Virus record (IMG/VR): IMGVR_UViG_3300047551_001325
Coordinates: 1-64,000 of that record
Strand: one strand, 5' to 3'
DNA length: 64,000 bases
Source: a virus
A program made the position numbers and the translations under genes. The notes beneath the pieces are model-generated. The model saw only the letters and a list, made by a program, of their open reading frames with translations. It was not told the origin of the DNA and ran no database searches. Positions 47,377 to 56,313 of this stretch are shown here, in pieces. Each line of letters begins with the position of its first letter. Within the stretch, counting starts at the first letter, position 1.

Positions 47377-49167
47377 ATGGCCCGCAAATCCTTTGTAGTT
47401 AGAAGTACAGCACCTAGCGGTGGTTCATACCTACAGTACTACCCATCTGGAGCTTCTTTAGGTTCAGCTAGTGCTACTGGAGCAGCATCTGCTGCCTATA
47501 TACGCGGAGATGGCGTTCAAGTACCACCTACTCTAGGTACGGCTGTACCGGTTGGTAATACGCTATACAACGCTGCTTATTTTGAAGCAGCGGCTTCTAG
47601 TTACAATGAAGTAACACTGTCTTGGGATTTAACTCTGTATGATACAGACCCAACTAACCCGTCCTCTACAAGACCATACTCAGTATTGATTGTGTATTCA
47701 AACTATGGTTGCCCAGACACTATCGATGAGGGTTCCATAATAGTTGAAACGCGTAACATATCTAGTTTTGTTCATACAGAAGTTATAGGTGTATGGGCTT
47801 ACTATTCAATGTTTATTAGATATAGATCTTATGAAGGAGACGACTACTATGAGATCGTTTCAAAGATGCCAGTACTACTACCCAGTAACCAGGATTCTTT
47901 GGAAGATCTATACTCAAAAATTCCTGAACACTACCGGGCTTTAGACGAGGCAGATTCAGGGCATTTACAAAAATATTTGTCAATATTCAGTTGGGACTTG
48001 GACAAAATTAAATCTACGCTACGGTATGCATTAGCAATGCGTGACCCATTGGTGTCCGATGAAGAATTACTTAACTATGTGGCTCAAGATTTAGGAGTGA
48101 CACTAACAACAGATGACGTAGGTTCTCAACGTTTAAGAGATTACTTAATAAGTTTTTCAAAACTTAAAAAGAAAGCAGGATCAAAAACATCTATTGAAGC
48201 ACACCTTGAAGCTTTGTGTGGAGCAGATGTAATATTAAACGAATCTGCTAAAACAATAAAAGTATACCCACAAAGAATAAACCTTTTATCTGACCCAGCA
48301 TTCACCAGTGGAGTTGCATCTGGCCTTGATGGTGGAGAGCCAACTGTAACAAACAGTGCAATAGCATATGATTCTGGTGTCTTAGGAGATTCACAGACCG
48401 TGGTGTACAGTGGTGGATCAACGCCAAACGAAACACTTAGCTCAGGAGTTGCCACTACCGAACGGTGGTCAAGTTTTCCAGACCCAATAGACACTACCTA
48501 TACGTACCTTGAGACAGCCTCTACGGCAAGTCCTGGTTCTCCAAAATACATAAAAGTAATAGGTGGAGACATTCTGTATTTTTCAATCTCTGTACCTCCT
48601 GAAACAGATGTTGCTGCGTATATACAAGATTCTATTAACTCAGTATCTTTGTATGCACCAGGGGGTGCCTCTGGAGGATCTGCTGGGTTAATAACCACGG
48701 ATAGCACTGCTCAAATTTATGCTGGAAAAAGTTATTGGAGATTAGAAGTACCTTCTTCTGTAACGTCCTACACAAATGCTGTTTTAAGCATACGCTTTGC
48801 TAACTCTGTTGGATCGGTGTCTATATCTTATAATGACTTCCAATACGCCCTTCTTGAAAGAGACTATATTGGAGAATACTTTGATGGAAACACATCTCGT
48901 GGTGGGTGGTTGATCGGGTCAACTGGCTCAATATCAGACTATCGTTGGAAGGGGACAGCAAACGATTCTGAATCCGTGTACTCATCCAACTGGGCAAAGA
49001 CTCAAAATGTAATAGACAGACTCCTTCAGTTCATAATCCCCGTAACCGAATCAATTTCTTCTGGAACCCTGTACAGTAATGGTTACTACAAAAACACAAG
49101 TAACGTTATTTCAAAGATACCAACTTACAAATACGTAATAACATACGACAACATACCAGGAGTTTAA
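47377..49167 (+). CDS. baseplate wedge/tail protein (gpI-like)
   Basis: IPEHYR..D, LLNYVAQDLG, YFDG; follows baseplate J. Confidence 0.6.
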   Translation: MARKSFVVRSTAPSGGSYLQYYPSGASLGSASATGAASAAYIRGDGVQVPPTLGTAVPVGNTLYNAAYFEAAASSYNEVTLSWDLTLYDTDPTNPSSTRPYSVLIVYSNYGCPDTIDEGSIIVETRNISSFVHTEVIGVWAYYSMFIRYRSYEGDDYYEIVSKMPVLLPSNQDSLEDLYSKIPEHYRALDEADSGHLQKYLSIFSWDLDKIKSTLRYALAMRDPLVSDEELLNYVAQDLGVTLTTDDVGSQRLRDYLISFSKLKKKAGSKTSIEAHLEALCGADVILNESAKTIKVYPQRINLLSDPAFTSGVASGLDGGEPTVTNSAIAYDSGVLGDSQTVVYSGGSTPNETLSSGVATTERWSSFPDPIDTTYTYLETASTASPGSPKYIKVIGGDILYFSISVPPETDVAAYIQDSINSVSLYAPGGASGGSAGLITTDSTAQIYAGKSYWRLEVPSSVTSYTNAVLSIRFANSVGSVSISYNDFQYALLERDYIGEYFDGNTSRGGWLIGSTGSISDYRWKGTANDSESVYSSNWAKTQNVIDRLLQFIIPVTESISSGTLYSNGYYKNTSNVISKIPTYKYVITYDNIPGV

Positions 49168-49168
49168 A

Positions 49169-49423
49169 ATGGATTTGATTATAGCTGGGTTAGCTGTATA
49201 CAAAGTATTACAGTTTATTGATTCCTTGCTACCAAAAGAAGCCATGCCATGGGTAAAACTACTTGCATCACTGTCACTGTCGTACGGTGCATGCGCATTA
49301 ATTTCTACCGAGAATATTTTAATTAATGGAGCGGCAGTTGCCGCACTATCTGGTACAGTGCACTCAGTCCTTCGCTTGTTAACTCTAAGTGGAGACGCAG
49401 CTTCCAGAAAAAATATTAGATAG
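49169..49423 (+). CDS. small membrane protein
   Basis: Hydrophobic helices. Confidence 0.6.
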   Translation: MDLIIAGLAVYKVLQFIDSLLPKEAMPWVKLLASLSLSYGACALISTENILINGAAVAALSGTVHSVLRLLTLSGDAASRKNIR

Positions 49424-49431
49424 GAGATTTA

Positions 49432-50232
49432 GTGGGTACTAACACAACTTACGGAATACTCGGAACTTCTGATGTTCCAAGAGAGGTCATCGTTGCGTCA
49501 CTGACGGACAGTGGTAAAGGCCGATATGTAATTCCTTGGTACGGAACTAAAAAGATATCCCCAGCTCTTGAGTATGTTTACGATTGGCTGTTGGATAACG
49601 AGATGGAATACGTAGTCATCGAAGCTACTGATGGTAGACCGTTGCCAAACGCAATTAAAAAGTCAGCTGCATCTGTAGAACAAACGGATGAAGTAGACAT
49701 GGAAATCATGTCTCTTCTTGAGGCAACAAAGGACAGTGCTGCATTAATTATGTGGGATGAGTCAAACCCACAGCGTTCATTGTTTTTGGCATCAACAGCG
49801 TTGGGTATGGGTATTAAGTCTCTTGAGCTTACAAACGGATTAGTGCCGATAATTGTAGAAGATTCAGATTTAATCATACCCGCTTCTAACAATCAGTCTG
49901 GTGTTATGCAATTAACAACCAAGAGCAACACTGACGCACACATTGATAACTTGTTAAATCTAGACACAAGTAGTTTTGATAGAGAAACACTTGAGGTTAT
50001 GCCAGCAGTATCCGTTAAACGAATGGCTGCAAACGCAGGGTTTAACGTTAAGACAAAAGAGGAAGCAATTAATGCCTTGACAGGAACACCTATTGAAGAA
50101 CAGATTGCTAGTTTGGATGTAGGAACTGTTTTGTTAATGTTTAATGATGGTACAGAACTTGGATTTTCCATGAATAAAGATCTACTAAAAAAGATCATGG
50201 ATGTAGTTTTAGATCATCAAGCAAACTTGTAA
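49432..50232 (+). CDS. hypothetical protein with a Rho-N/HeH-like C-terminal motif
   Basis: LEVMP..SVKRMA...G...KTKEEAINAL. Confidence 0.6.
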   Translation: MGTNTTYGILGTSDVPREVIVASLTDSGKGRYVIPWYGTKKISPALEYVYDWLLDNEMEYVVIEATDGRPLPNAIKKSAASVEQTDEVDMEIMSLLEATKDSAALIMWDESNPQRSLFLASTALGMGIKSLELTNGLVPIIVEDSDLIIPASNNQSGVMQLTTKSNTDAHIDNLLNLDTSSFDRETLEVMPAVSVKRMAANAGFNVKTKEEAINALTGTPIEEQIASLDVGTVLLMFNDGTELGFSMNKDLLKKIMDVVLDHQANL

Positions 50233-50250
50233 TCTGCACAAGTTGCAAAT

Positions 50251-50286
50251 AAAAAAGCCCCAGGTTTTTCCTGGGGCTTTTTCTTT
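50251..50286. terminator. bidirectional terminator
   Basis: AAAAAAGCCCCAGG-TTTTT-CCTGGGGCTTTTT between convergent genes. Confidence 0.88.
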
Positions 50287-50313
50287 ACCTACAACTGCAG
50301 GTAATCAATGAGT

Positions 50314-50430
50314 TCACTTCTTTTTGGGGGCTGCCTTCTTGGCAGGTGCTGACTTCTTGCCCTTGGCGGGACCTTTGCCGTAACCGGGGTCCTTCTTGTC
50401 CTTGAGGCCACATCCACATGATGCACACAT
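50314..50430 (-). CDS. 38-aa CxxCGC / Lys-rich microprotein, not in ORF track
   Basis: MCASCGCGLKDKKDPGYGKGPAKGKKSAPAKKAAPKKK; GGAGG RBS. Confidence 0.7.
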   Translation of the reverse strand: MCASCGCGLKDKKDPGYGKGPAKGKKSAPAKKAAPKKK

Positions 50431-50431
50431 A

Positions 50432-50680
50432 CTACTTACCTCCCTTCCTATGTTTTGCTGTTTTCTTAGCAATTGCTTCAGGCTGTTTTACAAACTGTTT
50501 ACCTTCGCTGTTGCCTTTTGCTTTAGCTCTATTTGTAGCAGCTTTTTCTGCAGGAGACAACGAATCCCAAGCTTTATCTGGAAGATAACGTTTTTTTCCT
50601 TTTGACTCTGATCCGTCTGAGGTTCGCCACTTTTCTTTAGTCCACTTGTCAAGATCTTTTTGTGGTTCCTTCTTGGCCAT
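50432..50680 (-). CDS. small basic protein
   Basis: PQKDLDKWTKEKWRT...RYLP.KAW. Confidence 0.75.
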   Translation of the reverse strand: MAKKEPQKDLDKWTKEKWRTSDGSESKGKKRYLPDKAWDSLSPAEKAATNRAKAKGNSEGKQFVKQPEAIAKKTAKHRKGGK

Positions 50681-50682
50681 GA

Positions 50683-50874
50683 TTAATCCTTGTAACCGCC
50701 GCCAGCTTCTTTATAACGCTTGGCTAGCAGTTGTGCTTTGCGTGCTGACCATTCACCAGGGTCTCCTCCCTTGGTGCCAGCTTTGATCTCATTGAACAAG
50801 CGTTTACGTAGAGCGGGTTTGGTGTAGTTGCCGGCTTCGTTGACTTTTGATTCAGTTTTCTTTTTAGCGGCCAT
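50683..50874 (-). CDS. small basic protein
   Basis: NYTKP..R...GTKGG.PGEWSARKAQ...Y...GGGY. Confidence 0.75.
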   Translation of the reverse strand: MAAKKKTESKVNEAGNYTKPALRKRLFNEIKAGTKGGDPGEWSARKAQLLAKRYKEAGGGYKD

Positions 50875-51161
50875 CAGCAATCCCACTTACGCAAAGACTT
50901 GTTAATCCGTGAATTGGGATCATTTGCTGTCTTCTTTGAAGTGTTCTTCTTCTTCATACCTTCCATGCGTGCACAAAAAGAGTCACGTCTGGCAGCGTCC
51001 TTCTTGGATTTAGCTGCCTTTTCTTTTGACACGGGTGGTTTTAGGTCGCTACCTGGGTGCTCCCGCTCATAAGATCTGCGGCCTTCAGCATTAAGACCAC
51101 CCTCAGGATTTTTTCCTTCAGATCTAGTCCAAGCAGCGGACTTTTTCTTTTTAGCAGTCAT
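50874..51161 (-). CDS. small basic protein
   Basis: AWTRSEGKNPEGGLN..GR.SY...SFCARM...SLRKWDC. Confidence 0.75.
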   Translation of the reverse strand: MTAKKKKSAAWTRSEGKNPEGGLNAEGRRSYEREHPGSDLKPPVSKEKAAKSKKDAARRDSFCARMEGMKKKNTSKKTANDPNSRINKSLRKWDC

Positions 51162-51168
51162 AGTTACC

Positions 51169-51603
51169 TCACTTAGTCGAAGCGCGGAGTTGCCACGCCC
51201 ATTTTTTGTGCATGTCAATTCGTCCAGATATAAAATCCGCAATACCTTGTTCATCTGCTTTAGTTGCTTTTTTAAAGGTATCATTAAGTGATTTAATTAC
51301 AGATTCATTGGCGGTAAGCAAAGCTTTTGCCATTGCTTTTGGGGACGGTTCAACATCTTTAAACTGTACCGTAGTTAACTCATTAAACTTCTTTAAACTA
51401 AATGGAGCGTAGTCATCTAACTTACGGATGTTCTCTGCAATAGGGTCGATGCTCCCGTAGGCGTCTTCATAGATGTCTGAGAACAAATCGTGGTATTGAC
51501 TGAAGTCAGGCCCTTCTACATTCCAATGGTACCCATGGGCCATAAAGTAAAATGTAACTACGTCCGACACGAGTACTTTTAAAGCTTTAATTAATTCTTC
51601 CAT
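51169..51603 (-). CDS. dps: Dps / ferritin-like protein
   Basis: HGYHWNVEGPDF...H.LF..IY....IDPIAENIRKL; HKKWAWQL. Confidence 0.9.
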   Translation of the reverse strand: MEELIKALKVLVSDVVTFYFMAHGYHWNVEGPDFSQYHDLFSDIYEDAYGSIDPIAENIRKLDDYAPFSLKKFNELTTVQFKDVEPSPKAMAKALLTANESVIKSLNDTFKKATKADEQGIADFISGRIDMHKKWAWQLRASTK

Positions 51604-51691
51604 TGTGCTCCTAGTCAAACGGTCACCCCAAATAATACCATCTCGACAATGGTTGCGGACAGCAACAGGTGGCGCTAACCTCAGTGGTCCA

Positions 51692-52945
51692 ATGGGAACT
51701 AATAACGTATTTGGTGGGCGTTTTGTCGCTGTACCTGAGTGGGCATTGACCTACGTAAACGAGCACGGACAGCCACGTGATCTACAGATACTAACATGTA
51801 TTGTGTCAATGATAAACTTTCATGACAAGTCTGTAACCGTGTCTGTGACTGAGCTGGCAAAGATTGCCCACACATCAAAAGAAACTGTAAAACGATCACT
51901 AAAATGGTTAGCTGACAACTTTGTAATCAGTGTAACTGTTGATAAAAAACCAAACCCAAACACATACACAGTACATTACACTCAGCAAGTGATGGGGTCA
52001 TCAGTGACCCCATCTAGGGTCATGGATGACCCATTCATGGGGGCATCAGTGACCCCTACTACGGTAGGGGATAGGGTCGTACATGACCCTATTAAAACGC
52101 TTGAACTGCCAGCGTGTGAGGGGTTTTCTGAAACTCCTAGAGTAATACTATTACTAAACAGAGAAAATACAGAAGTACTACAAAAGGCCGATGGCGGAGA
52201 TGGTAAGGTTAATGACATGATTTTAGGCGCAGATCCAAACGATGTTGTGAAGAGTGATGAACCGGTTAAACGCAAGCCACGTCCTGAAGTAAATCACTTA
52301 GTAAACTACTTTGTTTATCATCCACGATCAGTAATGGCGTGTTCGTACACGTTTCAAGAAACACAAATACTCAGAAGAACTATACGGTTACTCCTAGACT
52401 CTGGGCTTACACGGGCATCAATTGCAAAAATGATTGACAAGTTCTTTAGCACCGACCGAATGCGCTCAGCAGATTCTCCTGTACACATGTTCTCAAGCAA
52501 AGCAGTTCAACAATCTTTGATGGACAAAGTTGAAACTGAATTAGATGAGAACACCAACCCAGTTCTGACATTGATGCTCAATGACTTCAACAGAGATAAT
52601 GTACATCTACCGTGGGATTCATCAGCAGACGAGCATCTTCGTAAAACAGTTATCATGTCTGGAATGGATGCTTGTTATCGCTATCCAGAAGTAGTTGCTA
52701 AAGTAATTGAATCCTACACAGACTTCTCTCATCCAGAGTTTAAACGTAAACTATCTGCACTTAACTCTCTGGTTAAGTGGCACTTAAACGAAGAGGACTG
52801 CGATAAAGAAGAACTTTTAAAAATTCTTTCTGATACCACACTTCCAAAAGAGTTGCTTGCAAAAACTAGGTCAACCCTTAGACCAGCAGCTGATACGATT
52901 GTTTCAGCAATTTACAATTATCGAAGAGGTTCTCATGGGGTATGA
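51692..52945 (+). CDS. replication initiator with N-terminal HTH
   Basis: SVTELAKIAHTSKETVKRSLKWL...NTYTV; upstream of the DnaC-like loader; internal iterons. Confidence 0.7.
   Translation: MGTNNVFGGRFVAVPEWALTYVNEHGQPRDLQILTCIVSMINFHDKSVTVSVTELAKIAHTSKETVKRSLKWLADNFVISVTVDKKPNPNTYTVHYTQQVMGSSVTPSRVMDDPFMGASVTPTTVGDRVVHDPIKTLELPACEGFSETPRVILLLNRENTEVLQKADGGDGKVNDMILGADPNDVVKSDEPVKRKPRPEVNHLVNYFVYHPRSVMACSYTFQETQILRRTIRLLLDSGLTRASIAKMIDKFFSTDRMRSADSPVHMFSSKAVQQSLMDKVETELDENTNPVLTLMLNDFNRDNVHLPWDSSADEHLRKTVIMSGMDACYRYPEVVAKVIESYTDFSHPEFKRKLSALNSLVKWHLNEEDCDKEELLKILSDTTLPKELLAKTRSTLRPAADTIVSAIYNYRRGSHGV
51991..52092. repeat. four GGGTCA-N4-TGACCC palindromes (putative origin iterons)
   Basis: Copies start at 51995, 52017, 52040 and 52074. 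Confidence 0.75.
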
Positions 52946-53150
52946 CGGTATGTTTGCGTTTGCAAGTTTTGAAGACCTTATCAACTTTGTGACTTGGGTC
53001 ACAGCATCGTTTGATGACCCACAAGAGTTCATGGAATGGGTAGAGTCACGGACCTCAGACTTTTCAAAAATTGACAATGAATTTTGGAGCATAATTGAAA
53101 ATGGCTATTACACGGAAAGTACCAACACAGACGTTCCCGGTTCCGACTGA
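52935..53150 (+). CDS. small acidic hypothetical protein
   Basis: GAGG RBS before MGYDG. Confidence 0.55.
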   Translation: MGYDGMFAFASFEDLINFVTWVTASFDDPQEFMEWVESRTSDFSKIDNEFWSIIENGYYTESTNTDVPGSD

Positions 53151-53730
53151 TTGGAAATCTGAAAAGTGGTGGCGTAACCGCTCAAAAGACGAACGTGTGT
53201 TCCACACACGCATACCAGCAAGATGGACGAGCTTCGCTCTAGAAAATCTAGAAGTAAGTGACTCCACTAAATCTGAAGTATCAAAGTGGTTGAATAATTA
53301 TCAACCAGGTGACAGTCTTTTCCTACACGGAAAATCAGGTTGTGGAAAGAGTGTTGTTGCTCAAGCAGTCCTATCTGAGATTGTTTCTAACCACGAGCTT
53401 TCTGGCCGCTTTGTAAGTAGCGATCGGTATATCGACATGCTCAAAGATACATTTGAACAGGATGGTGGACTACTTCCTGAAATGTACTCAATGCCATACT
53501 TACTGAAGTACATTCAAGGTGTCTTTGATGTTGTCATGCTTGATGGTGTTGGTCAAGAAAGAGAAACTGATTTCTCAACACACGAAATCGGTAGCCTCAT
53601 TAGGCGCAGATATGAAGACACCAGATCAATGATCATCACAACAACGATGGGTGTAATGGACTTCAATCGACGTTATGGGGATCGGGTAAAGGTCGCAACA
53701 ACGGAGATGACAGAGATTAGAGTTTCGTAA
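53101..53730 (+). CDS. DnaC/IstB-like AAA+ helicase loader
   Basis: IPARW, GKSGCGKS, MLDGVG, RRYE...IITT. Confidence 0.8.
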   Translation: MAITRKVPTQTFPVPTDWKSEKWWRNRSKDERVFHTRIPARWTSFALENLEVSDSTKSEVSKWLNNYQPGDSLFLHGKSGCGKSVVAQAVLSEIVSNHELSGRFVSSDRYIDMLKDTFEQDGGLLPEMYSMPYLLKYIQGVFDVVMLDGVGQERETDFSTHEIGSLIRRRYEDTRSMIITTTMGVMDFNRRYGDRVKVATTEMTEIRVS

Positions 53731-54173
53731 TGGAACGCGGAGACATATCCGATTACACAATTATTTCCCAAGCCTGTATCTGGGAAGGCGTACTTGCTAA
53801 TCCACCTGAAGGGCTTACTTCTAAAACTCGTTATCGTTTCTACGAGCGTGCCAACAACTGGGATTCAGCCATACCAATGTGGAAACCAAATGACTTGTCC
53901 GTCAGATCAATTGCTGACTGCACCAACAGATTGCATATTGGTACTGACGTGATCACATTTCTATCTCAAGATGCTGTAGACCCCATCTATAACTGGTTGC
54001 TCAGAAAAGGAATTACTACTACCGTGTTGTATTACCCCTCAGCTGAGGAGTATGCTCTTGACCTTCGCTACAACCGTGGAATAAAAACCGTCTACGTTGC
54101 CAACGATGACGACGCACTAACGATAGGGTTACGAGCCCATGTCGTACAACCAAACACTGCTTGGAGAATCTGA
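53730..54173 (+). CDS. hypothetical protein
   Basis: Translationally coupled ORF. Confidence 0.65.
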   Translation: MERGDISDYTIISQACIWEGVLANPPEGLTSKTRYRFYERANNWDSAIPMWKPNDLSVRSIADCTNRLHIGTDVITFLSQDAVDPIYNWLLRKGITTTVLYYPSAEEYALDLRYNRGIKTVYVANDDDALTIGLRAHVVQPNTAWRI

Positions 54174-55426
54174 TGGCTTCCAGTGAGCTGTATTTAGTTT
54201 CAAAAATAATTCAAGAAAAAGATATAACTACTCCGGTACGAGCCGGACTAAAACCAGACCACTTTACTGGTTCTTGGGTTGAGGTTTGGTCTTGGTTGCT
54301 TGACTTCCAACGTACTCACGGTGCAGTTCCTACTGAACGTGTGTTTTCACAAGAGTTTGGCGACATACATCTTGAGGATGCATCCGGAGAAACTTTCTCC
54401 AGACTTATTGATGAAGTCCTCGCTGCGTACCGGCAGAGAACCATCATGGATTCTCTATCCCATGCAATCCCCGCGATCAACAACAACGACATTGATGAAG
54501 CAATGTCAGCCCTTGCGGCGGGTCTTCAAAAAGCCTCAGTTGAATCATCACGTCTTAGAGACATTGACATTATTCAAAACTGGGAAAACAGAATGTCGCG
54601 TTATGAAGAGATGCGTAATACACCAAATGCTCTTCGTGGCATACCTACAGGTTTTCATGGGCTAGACAGAATCACACACGGTCTTCGTCCGCAACAGTTT
54701 ATTGTGTTTGCAGGAGAACCAAAGCGAGGAAAATCTTTGTTTGCATTGATCCTTGCCAACTCCGCTCACATCCATGGAAAGCGCCCATTGTTTGTTTCTT
54801 TTGAAATGAGCATTGAGGAACAAGAGGCTCGTTATGACTCTCTTATTTCTAAAGTTCCGTATACGCGTATCCTTTCGGGCGACCTGTCTAACTCTGATAT
54901 GGCAAAGATCAAACGTGCGCTGAGTATAAGAAAGAACATGCAACCCTTTGTGTTTAGCGAGGACACATCGTCGTTGACAACAGTTACAGCACTGGCAGGA
55001 AAGGTTCAGGAATATCAACCAGACTTGCTTGTTGTAGATGGTGTGTACCTGATGGACGACGAAGAGGGTGAGGCAAAAGGCTCACCACAGGCTTTAACAA
55101 ATATCACCAGAGCGTTGAAGCGACTTGCCCAACGATTTGATATTCCGGTAGTTGCAACAACACAGGTGTTGTCATGGAAGCTACAGAACAGAAAAACACG
55201 AGCCGTAACCGCGGACGCAATCGGTTACACATCTTCGTTTGCTCAAGACGCAGACTTGATACTTGGTGTAGAACGAAATCCTGATGTAGACGATCAAGCG
55301 ATTATCAGAGTTGTGCTAGCAAGAACTGCCCCAACTGGAGAAGTACACGTAAAATGGGATTGGGCTACCATGGAGTTTGAGGAAGTAAACGATTATGACG
55401 ACTACATCAACCCATCATTCGATTAA
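54173..55426 (+). CDS. dnaB: replicative DnaB-like helicase
   Basis: IPTGF..LD, GEPKRGKS, SFEMS, VVDGVYLM, QDAD. Confidence 0.9.
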   Translation: MASSELYLVSKIIQEKDITTPVRAGLKPDHFTGSWVEVWSWLLDFQRTHGAVPTERVFSQEFGDIHLEDASGETFSRLIDEVLAAYRQRTIMDSLSHAIPAINNNDIDEAMSALAAGLQKASVESSRLRDIDIIQNWENRMSRYEEMRNTPNALRGIPTGFHGLDRITHGLRPQQFIVFAGEPKRGKSLFALILANSAHIHGKRPLFVSFEMSIEEQEARYDSLISKVPYTRILSGDLSNSDMAKIKRALSIRKNMQPFVFSEDTSSLTTVTALAGKVQEYQPDLLVVDGVYLMDDEEGEAKGSPQALTNITRALKRLAQRFDIPVVATTQVLSWKLQNRKTRAVTADAIGYTSSFAQDADLILGVERNPDVDDQAIIRVVLARTAPTGEVHVKWDWATMEFEEVNDYDDYINPSFD

Positions 55427-56312
55427 CCTAGCTCAAGTTCTTGAGTCGGTTGGCGTTGAGATTAAGCGCGTTGGCGACAGAGAGATAACAGGCAAATGCC
55501 CTGTGCACATTCGTACTGTTGGACGCCAAGATAACTCCCCGTCATGGAGCATGAACGCCACAACAGGTTTGTGGATATGCTTTTCATGTGGTGCTCGCGG
55601 GTCGTTATCATCGTTACTCTATGAACTTACTGGTGATTCTGATTCTCTAGGCATACAGAAGATGCTTGTTGAATCTTCTTTTGAAGCTTTAAAAGCACCA
55701 AAAGTTCAACAAGAAGAAGTTTACGTAGACCGCGATGCATTCTTTGGTTTTGCAAGAGTGCCAGAAGCACTTTGTGCATCAAGAAACCTTGATCCAGAAC
55801 TAACCCACAAACACGGCGTACGCTGGAACAAAGACCGTAGGGCGTGGGCCATACCGATTATGTCGCCTACCGGAAGACTAGAGGGGTGGCAAGAGAAGAG
55901 ACTTGGCAGTGTTCTTAATTATCCAAATGGTGTAAAGAAATCTAAAACACTTTTTGGTATTGAGCGTTTTAAAAGCAAGACAGCCGTCCTTGTAGAATCC
56001 CCACTTGACGTAGTTAGGTTTGCAGCCATAGGAACTGATGCTCAAGCGTTAGGTACATTTGGTGCTTATGTATCCGATGAACAACTTAGATTAACTTTGT
56101 ATGTTGCCGACAAAATTGTCGTAGCAATGGACAACGATGACGCAGGCGTTGCTTCTAGCAAGAAGATATACAAAGCACTAGGTACCCCACGAGCAGGTCT
56201 TTTGTGGTGGAACTATAGTAATTCAAACTGCAAAGACATAGGTGACATGGAAGACGAGGAAATTAAGGTAGGATTAGATACCGCAACTGTCCTACCACCT
56301 TGGATTACCTAA
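55395..56312 (+). CDS. DNA primase (CHC2 Zn finger plus TOPRIM)
   Basis: CPVH...CFSC; VESPLD; MDNDDAG; KDIGD. Confidence 0.88.
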   Translation: MTTTSTHHSINLAQVLESVGVEIKRVGDREITGKCPVHIRTVGRQDNSPSWSMNATTGLWICFSCGARGSLSSLLYELTGDSDSLGIQKMLVESSFEALKAPKVQQEEVYVDRDAFFGFARVPEALCASRNLDPELTHKHGVRWNKDRRAWAIPIMSPTGRLEGWQEKRLGSVLNYPNGVKKSKTLFGIERFKSKTAVLVESPLDVVRFAAIGTDAQALGTFGAYVSDEQLRLTLYVADKIVVAMDNDDAGVASSKKIYKALGTPRAGLLWWNYSNSNCKDIGDMEDEEIKVGLDTATVLPPWIT

Positions 56313-56313
56313 T

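Noticed and set aside
35355-49167. Bacterial extracellular contractile injection system or tailocin
   Set aside because: Linked to capsid, portal, terminase and replication genes, so it is a phage tail
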